Origin: Mobula hypostoma
Lineage: Eukaryota
Assembly (NCBI RefSeq): GCF_963921235.1
Contig: NC_086097.1
Span: forward strand, 172,982,001-173,046,000
Length of the DNA stretch: 64,000 bases
Reading direction: 5' to 3'
The notes below the pieces were generated by a model. That model worked only from the letters and a program-made list of their open reading frames with translations. It searched no databases and was not told the origin of the DNA. This document shows, piece by piece, positions 26,401 through 39,861 of the stretch. A program made the position numbers and the translations under genes. Numbering within the stretch: the stretch's first letter is position 1; every line of letters starts with the position of its first letter.

Positions 26401-27455
26401 GCTTTGACAAGGTACCACACAAGTTACGAGCCCATGGCATTAAAGGAAAGATTCTAGCATTGATAAAGTAGTGGCTGATTTGCAGGAGGCAAAGAATGGG
26501 AATTAAGGGAGCCTTTTCTGGCTGGCTGCCAGTGACTAATGGTGCACCACTGGGGTTTGTGTTGGGATTGATTCTTTTTACGTTATATGTCAATGGTTTG
26601 GATGATGGAATTGATGAAATGGCAGATGGAATAGAGAGTCAGGAAGTATATGGTCATGCACTTTGGTAGAAGAAGTGAAAGGGTTGACTATTTTCCAAAT
26701 GGAGAGAGAAAATACAAAAAACCTGATGTACAAAGGGATTTGGGAGTCCTTGTGCAGGATTCCCTACAAGTCTATTTGCAGATTGAGTCTGTGGTGAGGA
26801 AGACAAATGCAATGTTAGCATTCATCTTAAGAGGACTAGAATATAAAAGCAAGGATGTAATGTTGAGATTTTATAAAGCACTGGTGAGGCCTCACTTGGA
26901 GAATTGCGAGTAGTTTTAGGCCTGTTATCTTAGAACTTAAGTACTGAAACTGGAGATGGTTCAAAAGAGGTTCACGAAAATGATTCCAGGATCAAGTGGC
27001 TTGTCACATGAAGACAGTTTGATGGCCTTGGGCCTATAATCACTGGAATTCTGTAGAATGAGGGGTGTTCTCATTGAAACCTATTGAATTGTGAAAGGCC
27101 TTGATAGAGTGGATGTGGAGAGGATGGTTCCTATGGTGGGAGTGTCTAAGACCAGAGGACACAGCCTCAGAATAGAGGGGTGTTCTTTTAGAAAAGAGAT
27201 TAGGAGGAATTTCTTTATCAAGAGAATAATTAATCTGGAATTTATTGCCAAAGGCAGCTCTGGAGGCCAATACTTTATGGATATTTAAGGAAGAGGTTGA
27301 TAGATTCCTGATTGGTCATGCCATGAAGGAATACAGGAGGGGAGATGGCAGGAGATTGGGACTGAGAGGAAAAATGGATCAGTGATGATGAAATGGTGGA
27401 GCATACTCAATGGGCCAAATGGACTAATTCTACTCCTATGTCTTTTGGTCTTATC
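23490..27455 (+). mobile_element. Decayed, internally deleted CR1 LINE (5' UTR, esterase ORF1, APE-RT ORF2)
   Basis: VGDSLV, VLVHIGTNNI, FFRYIK, LDFQKAFDKVPH, QRDLGVLV, YKALVRPHLE, TRGHSLRI; deletions near 26352 and 26617. The 5' boundary is approximate. Confidence 0.88.
23832..23926 (+). mobile_element. 95-nt PLE terminal-repeat insert beginning at the hammerhead
   Basis: aatcCTGACGAagggtctcggcctGAAAcgttgactg; imperfect TSD gtgccagtcYtYag at 23816 and 23927. Confidence 0.82.
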
Positions 27456-27919
27456 ATTCTTTTATCTATGTTATATTATCTCTGTCTTCATTCACTCATT
27501 GATCAGATAATTCCATTTACAAGTCTATTTTCCAATTTTTATTTCTACAACTGCTCTTACACCAATTCCTTATGCCCTTCTCCTTTGTTCCTTGTTTTCA
27601 ATTTTCCTCATTAGGCAGGGAAAAGCTAGGCCTGCTGTTATCCAAGTTCCCAATTTCTCCCTTGCCTCTGCTATATTATTGTCAGCCAGCAATAGCTGCA
27701 TAAATTACTTTCAATATGGCAGGCAAAAGAAAGTTTAATGAAACAGCAAAGCAAGCTGCCTGCTCCCACAAACTTGGGGTCAATTGCACCAACAGCAGTC
27801 ATGTAATACATCTTCACATTCTGGTTGTATTACTAACTGAAGGAAATCATTCATGGGGTGTGTGTAACACCTGACAAAGCTGGTGTCTATTCCCTAATCC
27901 TTATTACCCTTCGTGATAT

Positions 27920-30900
27920 AACCATACAGCCACATAAAAATTACAGCACGGAAACAGGCCATCTTGGCCCTTCTAGTCTGTGCCGAACTCTTACTGTCAC
28001 CTAGTCCCACCAACCTGCACTCAGCCCATAACCCTCCATTCCTTTCCTGTCCATATAGTTGTCCAACTTAACTTTAAACAACAACATTGAACCTGCCTCA
28101 ACCACTTCTGCTGGAAGCTCGCTCCACACAGCTACCACTTTCTGAGTAAAGAATCTCCCCTTCATGTTACCCCTATACTTTTGCCCTTTAACTCTCAACT
28201 CATGTCCTCTTGTTTGAATCTCCCCCACTCTCAATGGAAAAAGCCTATCCATGTCAAATCTATCCATCCCCCTCAAAATTTTAAATACCTCTATCAAGTC
28301 TCCCCTCAAACTTCTATGTTCCAAAGAATAAAGACCCAACTTGTTCAACCTTTCTCTGTAACTTAGGTGATGAAACCCAGGTAACATTCTGGTAAATCTT
28401 CTCTGTACTCTCTCTATTTTGTTGACATCTTTCCTATAATTCGGTGACCAAAACTGTACACAATACTCCAAATTTGGCCTCACGAATGCCTTGTACAATT
28501 TCAACATTACATCCCAACTCCTATTCTCAATGCTGTGATTTATGAAGGCCAGCATACGAAAAGCTTTCTTCACCACCATATCCACATGAAATTCCACCTT
28601 CAGGGAACTATGCACCATTATTCCTAGATCCCTCTGTTCTACTGCATTCTTCAATGCCCTACCATTTACCATGTATGCCCTATTTTGATTAGTCCTACCA
28701 AAATGTAGCACCTCACATTTTTCAAAATTAAACTCCATCTGCCATCTTTCAGCCCACTCTTCTAATTGGCCTAAATCTCTCTGCAAGCTTTGAAAACCTA
28801 CTTGATTATCCACAACTCCACCTATCTTAGTATCATCTGCATACTTACTCATTCAAGTTACCACCCCATCATCCAGATCACTAATGTATATGACAAACAA
28901 CATTGGACACAGTACAAATCCCTGAGGCACACCACTAGACACCGTCCTCCAATCTGACAAACAGTTATCCACCACTACTCTCTGGCATCTCCCATCCAAC
29001 CACTGCTGAATCCATTTTGCTACTTCAATATTAATACCTAACGATTGAACCTTCTTAACTAACCTTCCGTGTGGAACCTTGTCAAAGGCCTTACTGAAGT
29101 CCATATAGACAACATCCACCACTTTACCCTCGTCAACTTCCCTGGTAACCTCTTCAAAAAAGTCAATAAGATTTGTCAAACATGACCTTCCACGCACAAA
29201 TCCATGTTGACTGATCCTAATCAGACCCTGTCTATTCAGATAATTATATATACCATCTCTAAGAATACTTTCCATCAATTTACCCACCACTGACGTCAAA
29301 CTCACAGGCCGATAATTGCTAGGTTTACTCTTAGAACCCTTTTTAAACAATGGAACAACATGAGCAATATGCCAATCCTCCGGCACCATCCTCATTTCTA
29401 ATGACATTTGAAATATTTCTGTCAGAGCCCCTGCTATTTCCACACTAACTTCCCTCAAGGTCCTAGGGAATATCCTGTCAGGACCCGGAGACTTATCCAC
29501 TTGTATATTCCTTAAAAGCGCCAGTACTTCCTCTTCTTTAATCATCATAGTTTCCATAACTTCCCTACCTGTTTCCCTTATCTTACACAATTCAATATCC
29601 TTCTCCTTAGTGAATACCGAAGAGAAGAAATTGTTCAGAATCTCCCCCATCTCTTTTGGCTCCACACATAGCTGTTCACTCTGATTCTCTAAGGGACCAA
29701 TTTTATCCCTCACTATCCTTTTGCTATTAATATAACTGTAGAAATCCTTGGGATTTATTATCACCTTACTTGCCAAAGCAACCTGATATCCTCTTTTAGC
29801 TTTTCTAATTTCTTTCTTAAGATTCTTTTTACATTCTTTATATTCCTCAAGCACCTCATTTACTCCATGCTACCTATATTTATTGTAGATATCTCTTTTT
29901 TTCCAAACCAAGTTTCCAATATCCCTTGAAAATCATGGCTCTCTCAAACTTTTAACTTTTCCTTTCAACCTAACAGGAACATAAAGATTCTGAACCCTCA
30001 AGATTTCACCCTTAAATGACCTCCATTTCTCTATTACATCCTTCCCATAAAACAAATTGTCCCAATCCACTCCTTCTAAATCCTTTCGTATCTCCAAAGT
30101 TAGCCTTTCTCCAATCAAAAATCTCAACCCTGGGTCCATACCTATCCATCTCCATAATTATACTGAAACTAATGGCATTGTGATCACTGGACCCAAAGTG
30201 CTCCCCAACACAAGCCTCGGTCATTCGCTAACAGGAGATCCAACCCTGCCCCTTCTCTAGTTGGTTCCTCTATGTATTGCTGCAAAAAACTATCCTGCAC
30301 ACATTTTACAAACTCCAAACCATCCAGTCCTTTTACACTATGGGCCTCCCAGTCTATGTGTGGAAAATTAAATCTCCCTTAATGACAACCTTGTACTTAC
30401 TACAAATATCTGCTATCTCCTTACAAATTTGCTCCTCCAATTCTCGCTCCCCATTTGGTGGTCTATAATACACCCCCATAAGTGTTAGTACACCTTTCCC
30501 ATTCCTCAATTCCACCCAAATAGCCTCCCTAGACGAGCCCTCTAATCTATCCTGCCAGAGCACCGCTGTAATATGTTTTCTGACAAGCAATGCAACACCT
30601 CCCCCTCTTGTCCCTCCGATTCTATCACACCTGAAGCAATTAAATCCAGGAATATCTAGTTGCCAATCACACCCCTCCTGTAACCATGTTTCACTAATAG
30701 CTACCACATCATACTTCCAGGTATCAATCCATGCTTTAAGCTCATCCACCTTTCTTATAATGCTCTTAGCATTAAAATAAATGCATTTAAGAAATTTTCC
30801 ACCTCTTACTCTCTGTTTATCACTAACGGTGCAAACAACTTTACTATTTTCTTTTTCTTCCTTCTCCCCTACATCTGTTCCTACACTCTGGTTCCCCTCC

Positions 30901-31780
30901 CCCCTTATATCTAGTTTAAATCCACCGGAGCCTCTCTAGCAAACCTACCTGCAAGAATATTTGTCCCCCTCCAGTTCAGATGTAAACTGTCCCACTGGAA
31001 CAGGTCTCAGCTTCCCTGGAAAACTGCCCAATTATCTATAAATCTGAAGCCCTCCTTCCTGCACCACGTCTTCAGCCACATGTTGATCTGCACTATCTTA
31101 CTATTTCTAAACTCGCCTGCACATGGCACTGGTAGCAATCCTGAGATTGCTATCCTGGAGGTCCTGTCCTTTAACTTGGCGCCTAACTCCCAAAACTCAT
31201 CTTTCAGGACCTCCTCACTCTTCCTACCCACGTCATTGGTCCCTAAGTGGACCACGACATCCGGCTGCTCATCCTCCCTCTTGAGAATACCGAGAACTCG
31301 ATCCGAGATATCGCGGACCTTGGCACCAGGGAGGCAACAGACCATCCATGATTCCGATCTCTTTCACAGAACCTCTTATCTGTCCCCCTAACTATCGAAT
31401 CCTCTATCACTATTGCTCTTCTCTTTTCTCTCCTTCCCTTCTGACTTGAGGGTCCCATCTCGGCGCCAGAGACGCAACCACTGCAACTTGTCCCTGATAG
31501 GTCGTCCCCATCAACAGTATCCAAAACGATGCACTTATTATTGGTTGGAACAGCCACAGGGGTGCTCTGTCTATTCCCCTTCCCTCTCCTGACAGTCACC
31601 CAGCTACCTGTCTCCTGACTCTTAGGGGTGACTATCTCACTGTAACTCCTGTTTATTTCTGCCTCTGCCTCCCGAATGATCCGAAGTTCATCCAGCTCCA
31701 GCTCCAGCTCCAGCTCCAGCTCCTTAACTCAGTTTGTCAGGAGCTGCAGCTGGATGCACCTTTTACAGGTGTAGTCATCA
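27920..31780 (-). mobile_element. Young, near full-length CR1 LINE (ORF1 esterase plus ORF2 APE-RT) with few disabling lesions
   Basis: ORFs 31007-31599 (VVVHLGTNDV), 30354-30749 (ISETWL, GGGVALLV), 28853-29854 (NYRPVSLT, DFSKAFDKVPH, GVPQG) and 28001-28852 (KYADD). Confidence 0.95.
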
Positions 31781-32658
31781 GCTTTCTTGAGCTACTGCAG
31801 TCTATCAGCAGAAGGTACTCCTTATGTGCTGTTACACAGGAATTAGCCCCAGCAACAATGAATGTTTTCATCACGGTGGTAGGTGATGGGGAAGGGATCT
31901 TGCAAGAAGCATTCTAATCTTTTAAATTGGACAGAGTTCATTCAAAACTGGCAATAAATGTGACAGATAATTTATTGTTTTATCAAAATGAGCTCATCCA
32001 ACCCATAAAAAATAAAACTGTCCTTTTATCTTTCACAGAAACAATTAGTTAACTGATTATTTACAGGTTATTTTTAACTTTAACAATCATCTCCCACCCA
32101 CCCACACACAGACAGGCCTCCAACCTCAGGATATGCTGCCTCTGGGCCTCCAGTCTTTAGCTGATAGTATATATATGGAATGAACTGCCAAAGAAAGTGG
32201 TTGAGACAGGCACAAAAACAAGTTTTAAACAACAGCTGGAATGGTCCATGGATAAGAAAGGATTAGATGAATTTGGGTCAAGTATGAGCAAACAGGAGTA
32301 GAGTAGCTTGAATGGGCATCTTGATCAGCACAGGCCAGTTGTGCTGGAAGGCCTGTATGACTCTTTCTATGGCTCTGAGTTTGGAGAATCAGCAGCTAAG
32401 TTCGGGATAATTGATAACAACCATTGCTTGGACTTTAACTCAAGGTCCAGAGTGTGACCTCTTGATCATAGTTTGAAGCTAATTGTTTTTTAAAAGAAAG
32501 GAAGCATAATATCAAAGAGATAGGTCTTCGATGTCAATTATGAATTATTCAAAATCAATCTATTTGTTCTTCATTGGAGTCTCCAGGAATCTAATAATAG
32601 AGTTCTCCATTCAGCCAACACTCACTTTCAATAGAATTGCTATAGACTCTATTCTTAC

Positions 32659-32855
32659 CTCTGCTCTTCAGCAATTTCTTGATTGTTATTAAGAACTATC
32701 CTCCACAGGTCAGAAGCTACCAGCTCCTTCTGATCACTAGCCAATGTGACGTTAGGCAGCTGTAGCTCACACGCTTTGCTTTCTGACAAGCTAAATTCAC
32801 GATAATCCACAAATATTTGTTGAAGTTCATCCCAGTACTCTAGGCTGCATGGTAC
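32659..32855 (-). CDS. VPS13B: VPS13B internal coding exon (197 nt, phase 0 to 2)
   Basis: Acceptor tttgaaacag, donor AG|gtaaga. Encodes VPCSLEYWDELQQIFVDYREFSLSESKACELQLPNVTLASDQKELVASDLWRIVLNNNQEIAEEQ, in frame with the preceding exon. Confidence 0.93.
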
Positions 32856-33344
32856 CTGTTTCAAATAAATAACAAGAAAGAAATTATCACTGCCAAGTAA
32901 ACCACTCAGGTATTGCACCATAATGTATTTGAAAGGGTAGAATGGACTCTTGGGTATACTTGTGGACTCAAATCATATAGAACAATATAAGTCAAATATT
33001 TGAAGAAAGTACCGTGTATAGTCCAGGAGGAGAGACCATACATACTCTCTGTGCTCACTGGGTAAAAGGTGAACTGACTTGACGCAAATTCTCACATATA
33101 TTAACACATTTTCCAAAGTAATTGAGTCCGGTGCTTCATAAATCTACTTTACACCCTCACCAGTGCTATCACATCCATCCTATACAGTGCCATCCTGAAC
33201 GAGAATCATAGAATTGTTGCAATAGCCCATTGAGTCCATGCCAATACAAAACATTTTAAATATAGCCTCACTAGGGTCTTATATAGTTCAAATATGATCA
33301 ACTGAAGGCAATTATCCTGTATGCCTTCATAGTATTTAATATTT

Positions 33345-33630
33345 GTACCTGATTCTGAATCTGAATCAGAAACACATTTTTTATCACTCTTATATGATGT
33401 GAAATTTGTTGGTTTGTGGCAGCAGTACGATGCAAAGATAGAAAATTATTATAAATTACGAAATAAATAATAGGATAAACAAATATAAATAATGAGGTAG
33501 TATTCAGAAACTGTTCATAAATCTGATGACAGAGGGGAAGGAGCTTTTCATAAATCATTGAGTGTTGGTCTTCATGCTAGTACCTCCTCCCTAGTGATAG
33601 TAATCTTGAAGGGCCATGTCCCAGATGATT
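33345..33630 (-). mobile_element. Rex1-type 3' tail fragment
   Basis: Reverse complement of the shared tail (gaatctgaatcag...tttatcact...gaaatttgttg). Confidence 0.6.
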
Positions 33631-35404
33631 AGCGTCCAAAACAATGTCATGCTCTTTTCTGCACTCTTGAGCTCATAAGTCACTTTATTTCTCAGTATCT
33701 CGCATTTAAAGTTTATTCCACAACTTTGTTTGACCTTCCCAAATCTAAATGCATGTATTTAACCCAGGCTAGCATCAGGTGATAAGTTCTGATTGCTAAG
33801 ATTCAGACCTCCTTTGGGTGTAACTCCTTGAAATATAATGTTTAGTGTTAGTTTATTTTCTTCTAACAAACAGAAGTCAAACAAAAAATGCATAAGAAGT
33901 TAACCGATAGAACATGATTTATAAACACAATCACTTGGGTTATCTGTGCATTCAAACAGATGCTAAACAATACTGCCAAACAATCTCATTGCCTCAGTAA
34001 AGCAGTCAACATTACCAAAGACCACACCCAGCTTAGACATCTTTGCTTCTCCCCTCTCCCATTTGGCAGAAGATACAGAAGATGAAAATCATATACCAGC
34101 AGGCTCAAGGACTGCTTCAACCCCATTGTTTTAAGTCTACTGAATGGTCCCTTGGTATGATGATGGACTCGATCTCAGTCTACCTTGCTATAGCCTCACA
34201 GCTTATTGTCTGCCTGTATCTGCAACACCACTCTGCATTCTGTTATTCTTTTCCCTTGTACCAACTCAATGTACTTATGAGATGAAATAATTGTATTGAT
34301 GGCATGCAAAACAAAATTTTTCACTGTACTTCAGTATCCATGATAATGATAGACCAACTTAATTTACCAATATCATAACAGCCAAAGGATTTTGACGGGT
34401 TTGGATAATGTTGAGTTGAATGAAGCTCATGTGGAACAAAAACATTGTAACGGACCAACTGTGTTGAATGGCCTGTTTCTGCCCAATAAGTTTCATGAAA
34501 CTAAGATCGCAGAACACCACGGCATAGAAACAGGCCCTTTGGCCCCTCTAGTCTGTCTGTGCCAACAATTAATTTAGCTAGTCCCATCAAACTGCACCAG
34601 GACCATAGCCCTCCATACCCATCCCATTCATGTACCTATCCAAATTTCTCTTAAATGTTGAAATTTACCTTGCATCCACCGTTTGCATTGGTGACTCATT
34701 CTGCACTCTCAGCACCCTCTGAGTGAAGAAGCTAACCCTCATATTCCCCTTAAACATTAATCTTTCACCCTTAACCTATGACCTCTTGTTAAAGTCTCAC
34801 CACCAGTTGAAAAAGCCTGCTTGCATTTATTCTATCTATACCCCTCATAATTTTGCATACCTCTATCAAATCTCTTAATCTTCTACATTCTAAAGAATAA
34901 AGTTCTAACATATTCAATCTCTCCCTATAACTCAGGTCCTCAAGTCCTGGCAACATCCTTGTAAATTTTCTCTGCACACTTTCAATCTTGTTAAGTACAT
35001 CTTTCTTGTGTGATAGATGAAATACAAAATACTCCAAATTAGACCTCACTGAAATGCAGTACAGTTTCAACATAGCAATCCAATTCCTGTACTTAATACA
35101 TTGATTTAGGAAGGCCAATGTGCCAAATGCTTTCTTTACGACCCCAACTCTTAGGACATGCCCTATTCTCATTGATACTATCAGGAAGGAGGTACAGGAG
35201 CCTGAAGGCACACACTGAACGATGCAATAACAGCTTCTTCTCCTTTGCCATCAGATTGCTGAGTGGACATTAAGCCCATGAACACAACCTCACAACTTTT
35301 TTTATTTTTTGCACATACATATATACTTACTGTAATGCACATTTTTTCTCTATTATTATGTACTGCATTGTACTGTTGCTGCAAGGACAATAAACCTCGA
35401 TGTA

Positions 35405-37131
35405 TAGTGCTTAAAGGAAGTACTCACCCCCTTTGGAAGTTTTCATGTTTTATTGTTTTACATCAATGAATCACAGTGGATTTAATTTGTTTTTTTTGAC
35501 ACTAATGAACAGAAGAGACTCTTTCATGTCAAAGCGATAACAAATTTCTACAAATTGGTCTAAATTTCTTTCAATTATTAAACACAAAATAATTGATTGC
35601 ATAATTAATCACCCCCTTCAAGTCAGTATTTAATTACTCTCCCTCTTCAAGTCAGTATTTTATAGATGCACCTTTGGCAGCAATTACAGCCTTGTCTGTA
35701 TGGATAGGTCCCTATCAGCTTTGCACATCTGGACCCTGCAATTTTCCCATATTCTTCTTTACAAAACTGCTCAAGCTCTGTCAGATTGCATGGGGATCGT
35801 CTGTGAACAGCCCTTTTCAAGTCCAGCCTCAAATTCTCAATTGGATTGAAGTTTGGACTCTGAGTTGGCCATTCCAGGATATTAACTTTGTTGTTTTTAA
35901 GCTATTCTTGTGTAGCTTTGGGGTCACGGTCTTGCTGGAAAACAAATCTTCTGCCAAGCCATCGTTCTCCTGGAGACTGCATCAGGTTTTCCTCCAGCAT
36001 TTCCCTGTATTCTGCTGCATTCGTTTTACCTTCTATCTTCAGAAGCCTTCCAGGTCCTGCTGCAGTGAAGCACGATACAGACGCCACCAAACTTCACAGT
36101 AGGGATAGTGTGTTTTTAATGATGCACAGTTTTGGGCTCATGCCAAACATAGCGTTTAGTCTGATGGCCAAAAGCTCAATTTTGGTTTCATAGGACCATA
36201 GAAACTTCTTCCAGCTGACTTCAGAGTCTCCCACATACCTTCTGGCAAACTCTAGCTGAGATTTTATGCGAATTTTTTTCAACAGTGGCTTTCTCTTTGC
36301 CACTGTCCCATAATGCTACGAATGGTGAAGCACCTGAGCAACAGTTGTTGTATGCACAGTCTCTCCCATCTCAGCCACTGAAGCTTGTACCTCCTCCAGA
36401 GTTGTCATAGGTCTCTTTGTGGCCTCCCTCATTAGTCCCTTCTTGCATGGTCACTCAGTTATTGAGGGTGGCCTGCTCTGGGCAGATTTACAGCTGTGCC
36501 ACGTTCCTTCCATTTCTTGATGATTGACTTAAATATACTCCAAGTGATATTTAGTGACTTGGAAATGTTCTTCTATCCATCTCCTGAATTATGCTTTTCA
36601 ATAATCTTTTCATGAAGTTGCTTGGAGTGTTCTTTTGTTTTTGCCAGGATACTGACTCACAAACAGTTGGATCTTCCAGATACAGGTGTATTTTTACTAT
36701 AATCAATTGAAACACCTTGACTGCACACATCTCCAAAAACGATCTCCATTTAACTAATTATGTGACTTCTAAAACCATTTAGCTGCACCAATGACTTAGC
36801 GTGTCATATTAAAAGTGGTGAATACTTATGCAATCAATTATTTTGTGTTTTAGATTTGTAATTAATTTAGATCATTTTGTAAATATGTTTTCATTTTACA
36901 TAGAAACATAGAAAACCTACAGCACAATACAGGCCCTTCTGCCCTCAAAGCTGTGCCGAACACGTCCTTACCTTAGAAATTACTCAGGGTTACCCATTTC
37001 ATTTTCTGTTGATCAGTGTCAAAAAAGCCAAATTAAATCCACTGTGATTCAATGTTGTTAAACAATAAAACACGAACACTCCCGGGGGGGGGGGGCGGGG
37101 GGGGCAGGGTGAATACTTTTTATCGGCTCTG
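35405..37131 (-). mobile_element. Tc1-family DNA transposon (defective) with long IR/DR-type inverted repeats and TA TSD
   Basis: Inverted repeats of ~210 nt (aatcacagtggatttaatttg / caaattaaatccactgtgatt) with inner direct repeats. Transposase remnants KRKPLLKK, FLWSYETKIEL, FVFQQDRDPK, NLTELEQFCKEE. Confidence 0.92.
36898..36996 (-). mobile_element. CR1-type 3'-end fragment inserted in the Tc1 inverted repeat
   Basis: catagaaacatagaa tail and tacagcacaatacaggcccttc; flanked by the duplication tttcatttt. Confidence 0.7.
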
Positions 37132-39634
37132 TATACCAGTGATATTCAACCTGATTCAGATTCTGATTCTACTTATGATGCCACTTTCAAGAAATTGTGG
37201 ATCTATATTCTCAGATCCTTCTGTTCTACCACACTCCTCAGTGCCCTACTGCTCAGTTCATAAGACATACCTTGGATGGTCCTTCTAAAGTGAAACATCT
37301 CACACTTGTCTACATTAAACTCCATCTGCCATTTTTTAGCCCATTCTTCTAGCTGGTCCAGATCTGTAGAAGCCCTTGGGATTCTCCTTCACTTTGTCTG
37401 CTGGAGCAACCTCATGTCTTCTTTTAGCTCTCCTACTTTCCTTCTTAAGCATTCTCTTGCATTTCTTATACTCAAGTATCTCATTCGTTCTTACATGTTT
37501 ATACCTACTATGCACCTCCTTCTTTTTCTTAACCAGGACCTCAATATCTCTCAAAAACCAAGGTTCCTTAAACCTATCATCCAAGTATGCTTTTGCCAGA
37601 AAACAACCTGTCCTAATCCACATTTACCAGATCCTCTCTGATACCATCAAAATTGGCCTTTCTCCAATTTAGAATATCAACTCCAGGACCACACCAATCC
37701 TTTTCCATAATTGCCTTGAAACTAACAGCAGTATGATCACAAGATGCAAAGTGTTCCCCTACACCAACTTCTGTCACATGCCTTGTCTCATTCTCTAATG
37801 GAATATCTAGTATCACACTCTCTCTATTTGGGATTTCTATGTACTGATGAAGGAATCTTCCCTGAACACATTTGGCAAACTCTTTTCCATTCAGCCCTTT
37901 TACAGTATGGGAGCCCCAGTCAATATGTGGCAAGGAAAAATCACTTACTATGACAACCTTATGTTTCTTGCAACAGTCTATTTGCTCCTATAAATCCCGT
38001 GGTCTGATGCGGTTTATAATGTAATCCTATTAAAGTGGTCATACCTTTCTTATTCTTCAGTTCTGCCCATATATTTCACTAGATGAGCTCTACAGCAAGT
38101 CCTGACTGAGCATTGACATGACATGACGCTTTTCCTGACTAGTAATGCCAGTATTCCCCCCTTAATCCCTCTTGCTCACATTTAAAAAACAAAACCCTGG
38201 AATGTTGAGCTGCCAGTCCTGCCCCTCCTGCAACCAGGTTTCACTAGTGGCTACAGAGTCAAAACTCCACGTACTGATCCATGCCCCAAAGTCGTCCACC
38301 TTTCCTACCGTACTCCTTGAATCGAAATATACACAGCTCAGAATATTAACCCTATCATACTCAACCTTTTGATTCCTGACCTTGTACATAGGCTTAACAA
38401 CATCCTTTTCCATAATCACTCCAATGACTGTTCTGGCACTCCGTTTACCATCCCCCTGCAACTCTAGCTTAAAGCCTCCCTGTGCAACACAAGCATACCT
38501 TCTGCTGGGATATTAGTACTCCTCCCGTTCAGGTGAAAACCATCTCTTTTGTACACATCCCATCTTCCCTGGAAGACAGCACAATGATCCAAAAATCTGA
38601 AGCCCTCCCTCTTACACCATCTCCTTAGCCATGTGTTAAACTGTATGATCTTTCTGTTTCTGGCCTCACTAGCATGTGGCACAGGTAGTAATCCTGAGAT
38701 CACAACCCTGGAGGTCCTGTCCTTTAACTTACCACCTAAATGTCCTGAACTCACTTTACAGGACCTCGTCATCACTCCTACCCATTGGTACCAACATGGA
38801 CCATGACCTCTGGCTGCTCATCCTCCCACTTAAGAATGCTGTGGACTCAATCCAGGATGTCCATGACCCTGGCACCATAAGGCAACATACCATCCAGGAA
38901 TCTCGTTCTTGTCCACAGAACCTCTTTTCCGTTCTCCCTAAGCCATGAACCTCCTATTACTACAGCTCGCCTCTTCTCCCTCTTCTCTTCTGAGCCACAG
39001 AGCCAGACTCAGTGCCAGAGTCTGCTTTCTTCTGGTAGGTCATCCCCCCACCCAACAGTATCCAAACCGTATACCTGCTGATGAGGGGAACATCCACATG
39101 GGTACTCTGTACTGGCTACCTATTCTCTTTCTCCCTCCTGACGGTCACCTGTGTTCCACATCTTGGGTATAACTACTTCCCTCATCCTGTCTATCAATCA
39201 CTCAGCCTCCCAAGTGATCTGGAGCTCATCCAGTTCCAGCTCAAACTCCTTAACACTGTCTGTTAGAAGTTGCAGCTGGATGCATATCCTTCAGGTATAG
39301 TAATCAGGGGCATTGGAGGTCTCCCTGCCTTCCCACATCCTGCGAGAGGAGTATTCCACTATCCCACCTGGCAATCTCACTGCTCTAAATGTACAGTAAG
39401 AAAGAAAAAGTAAATAATGAGAAAAAATCCTCCTACAGTCTACGCCTCGATGAGCTAAAGCCTCAACTCCCCACTCTAACAGTGGCCCACTCACACAATG
39501 TCCATTCACCTTAAACCTAACTTCTTTATATGGATCTTGCCAAATGTCTAATTATGCACAATTCAATTTCTCCTTAGGTATGGTGGTGCACAAAAAAGAA
39601 ATTTTGAAAATGTTGGCCAACATTCTTGTGTTAA

Positions 39635-39861
39635 GCAACACACATCAAATTTGCTGGTGAACGTAGCAGGCCAGGCAGCATCTCCAGCAAGGGGTACAGT
39701 CGACGTTTCGGGCCGACACCTTTTATCAGGACTGACAAAGGGTCTCGGCCCGATACGTCGACTGTACCTCTTCCTAGAGATGCTGCCTGGCCTGCTATGT
39801 TCACCAGCAAATTTGACGTGTGTTGCTTGAATTTCCAGCATCTGCAGAATTCCTCGTGTTT
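39635..39861. mobile_element. Palindromic PLE mini-element with two overlapping opposite-strand hammerhead motifs and 15-bp TSD
   Basis: TSD acattcttgtgttaa at 39620-39634 and 39862-39876; ~95-nt inverted arms. Minus-strand motif cagtcctgataaaaggtgtcggcccGAAACGTCgactg at 39697-39734. Confidence 0.9.

Larger units (their letters stand above)
34510..39500 (-). mobile_element. Decayed CR1 LINE interrupted at 35144-37170 by nested insertions
   Basis: RT C-terminus at 34789-35143 (VVKKAFGTLAF, VQRKFTRMLPGL) resumes at 37171; APE at 38162-38461 (SETWL); ORF1 at 38464-39290. Confidence 0.85.
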
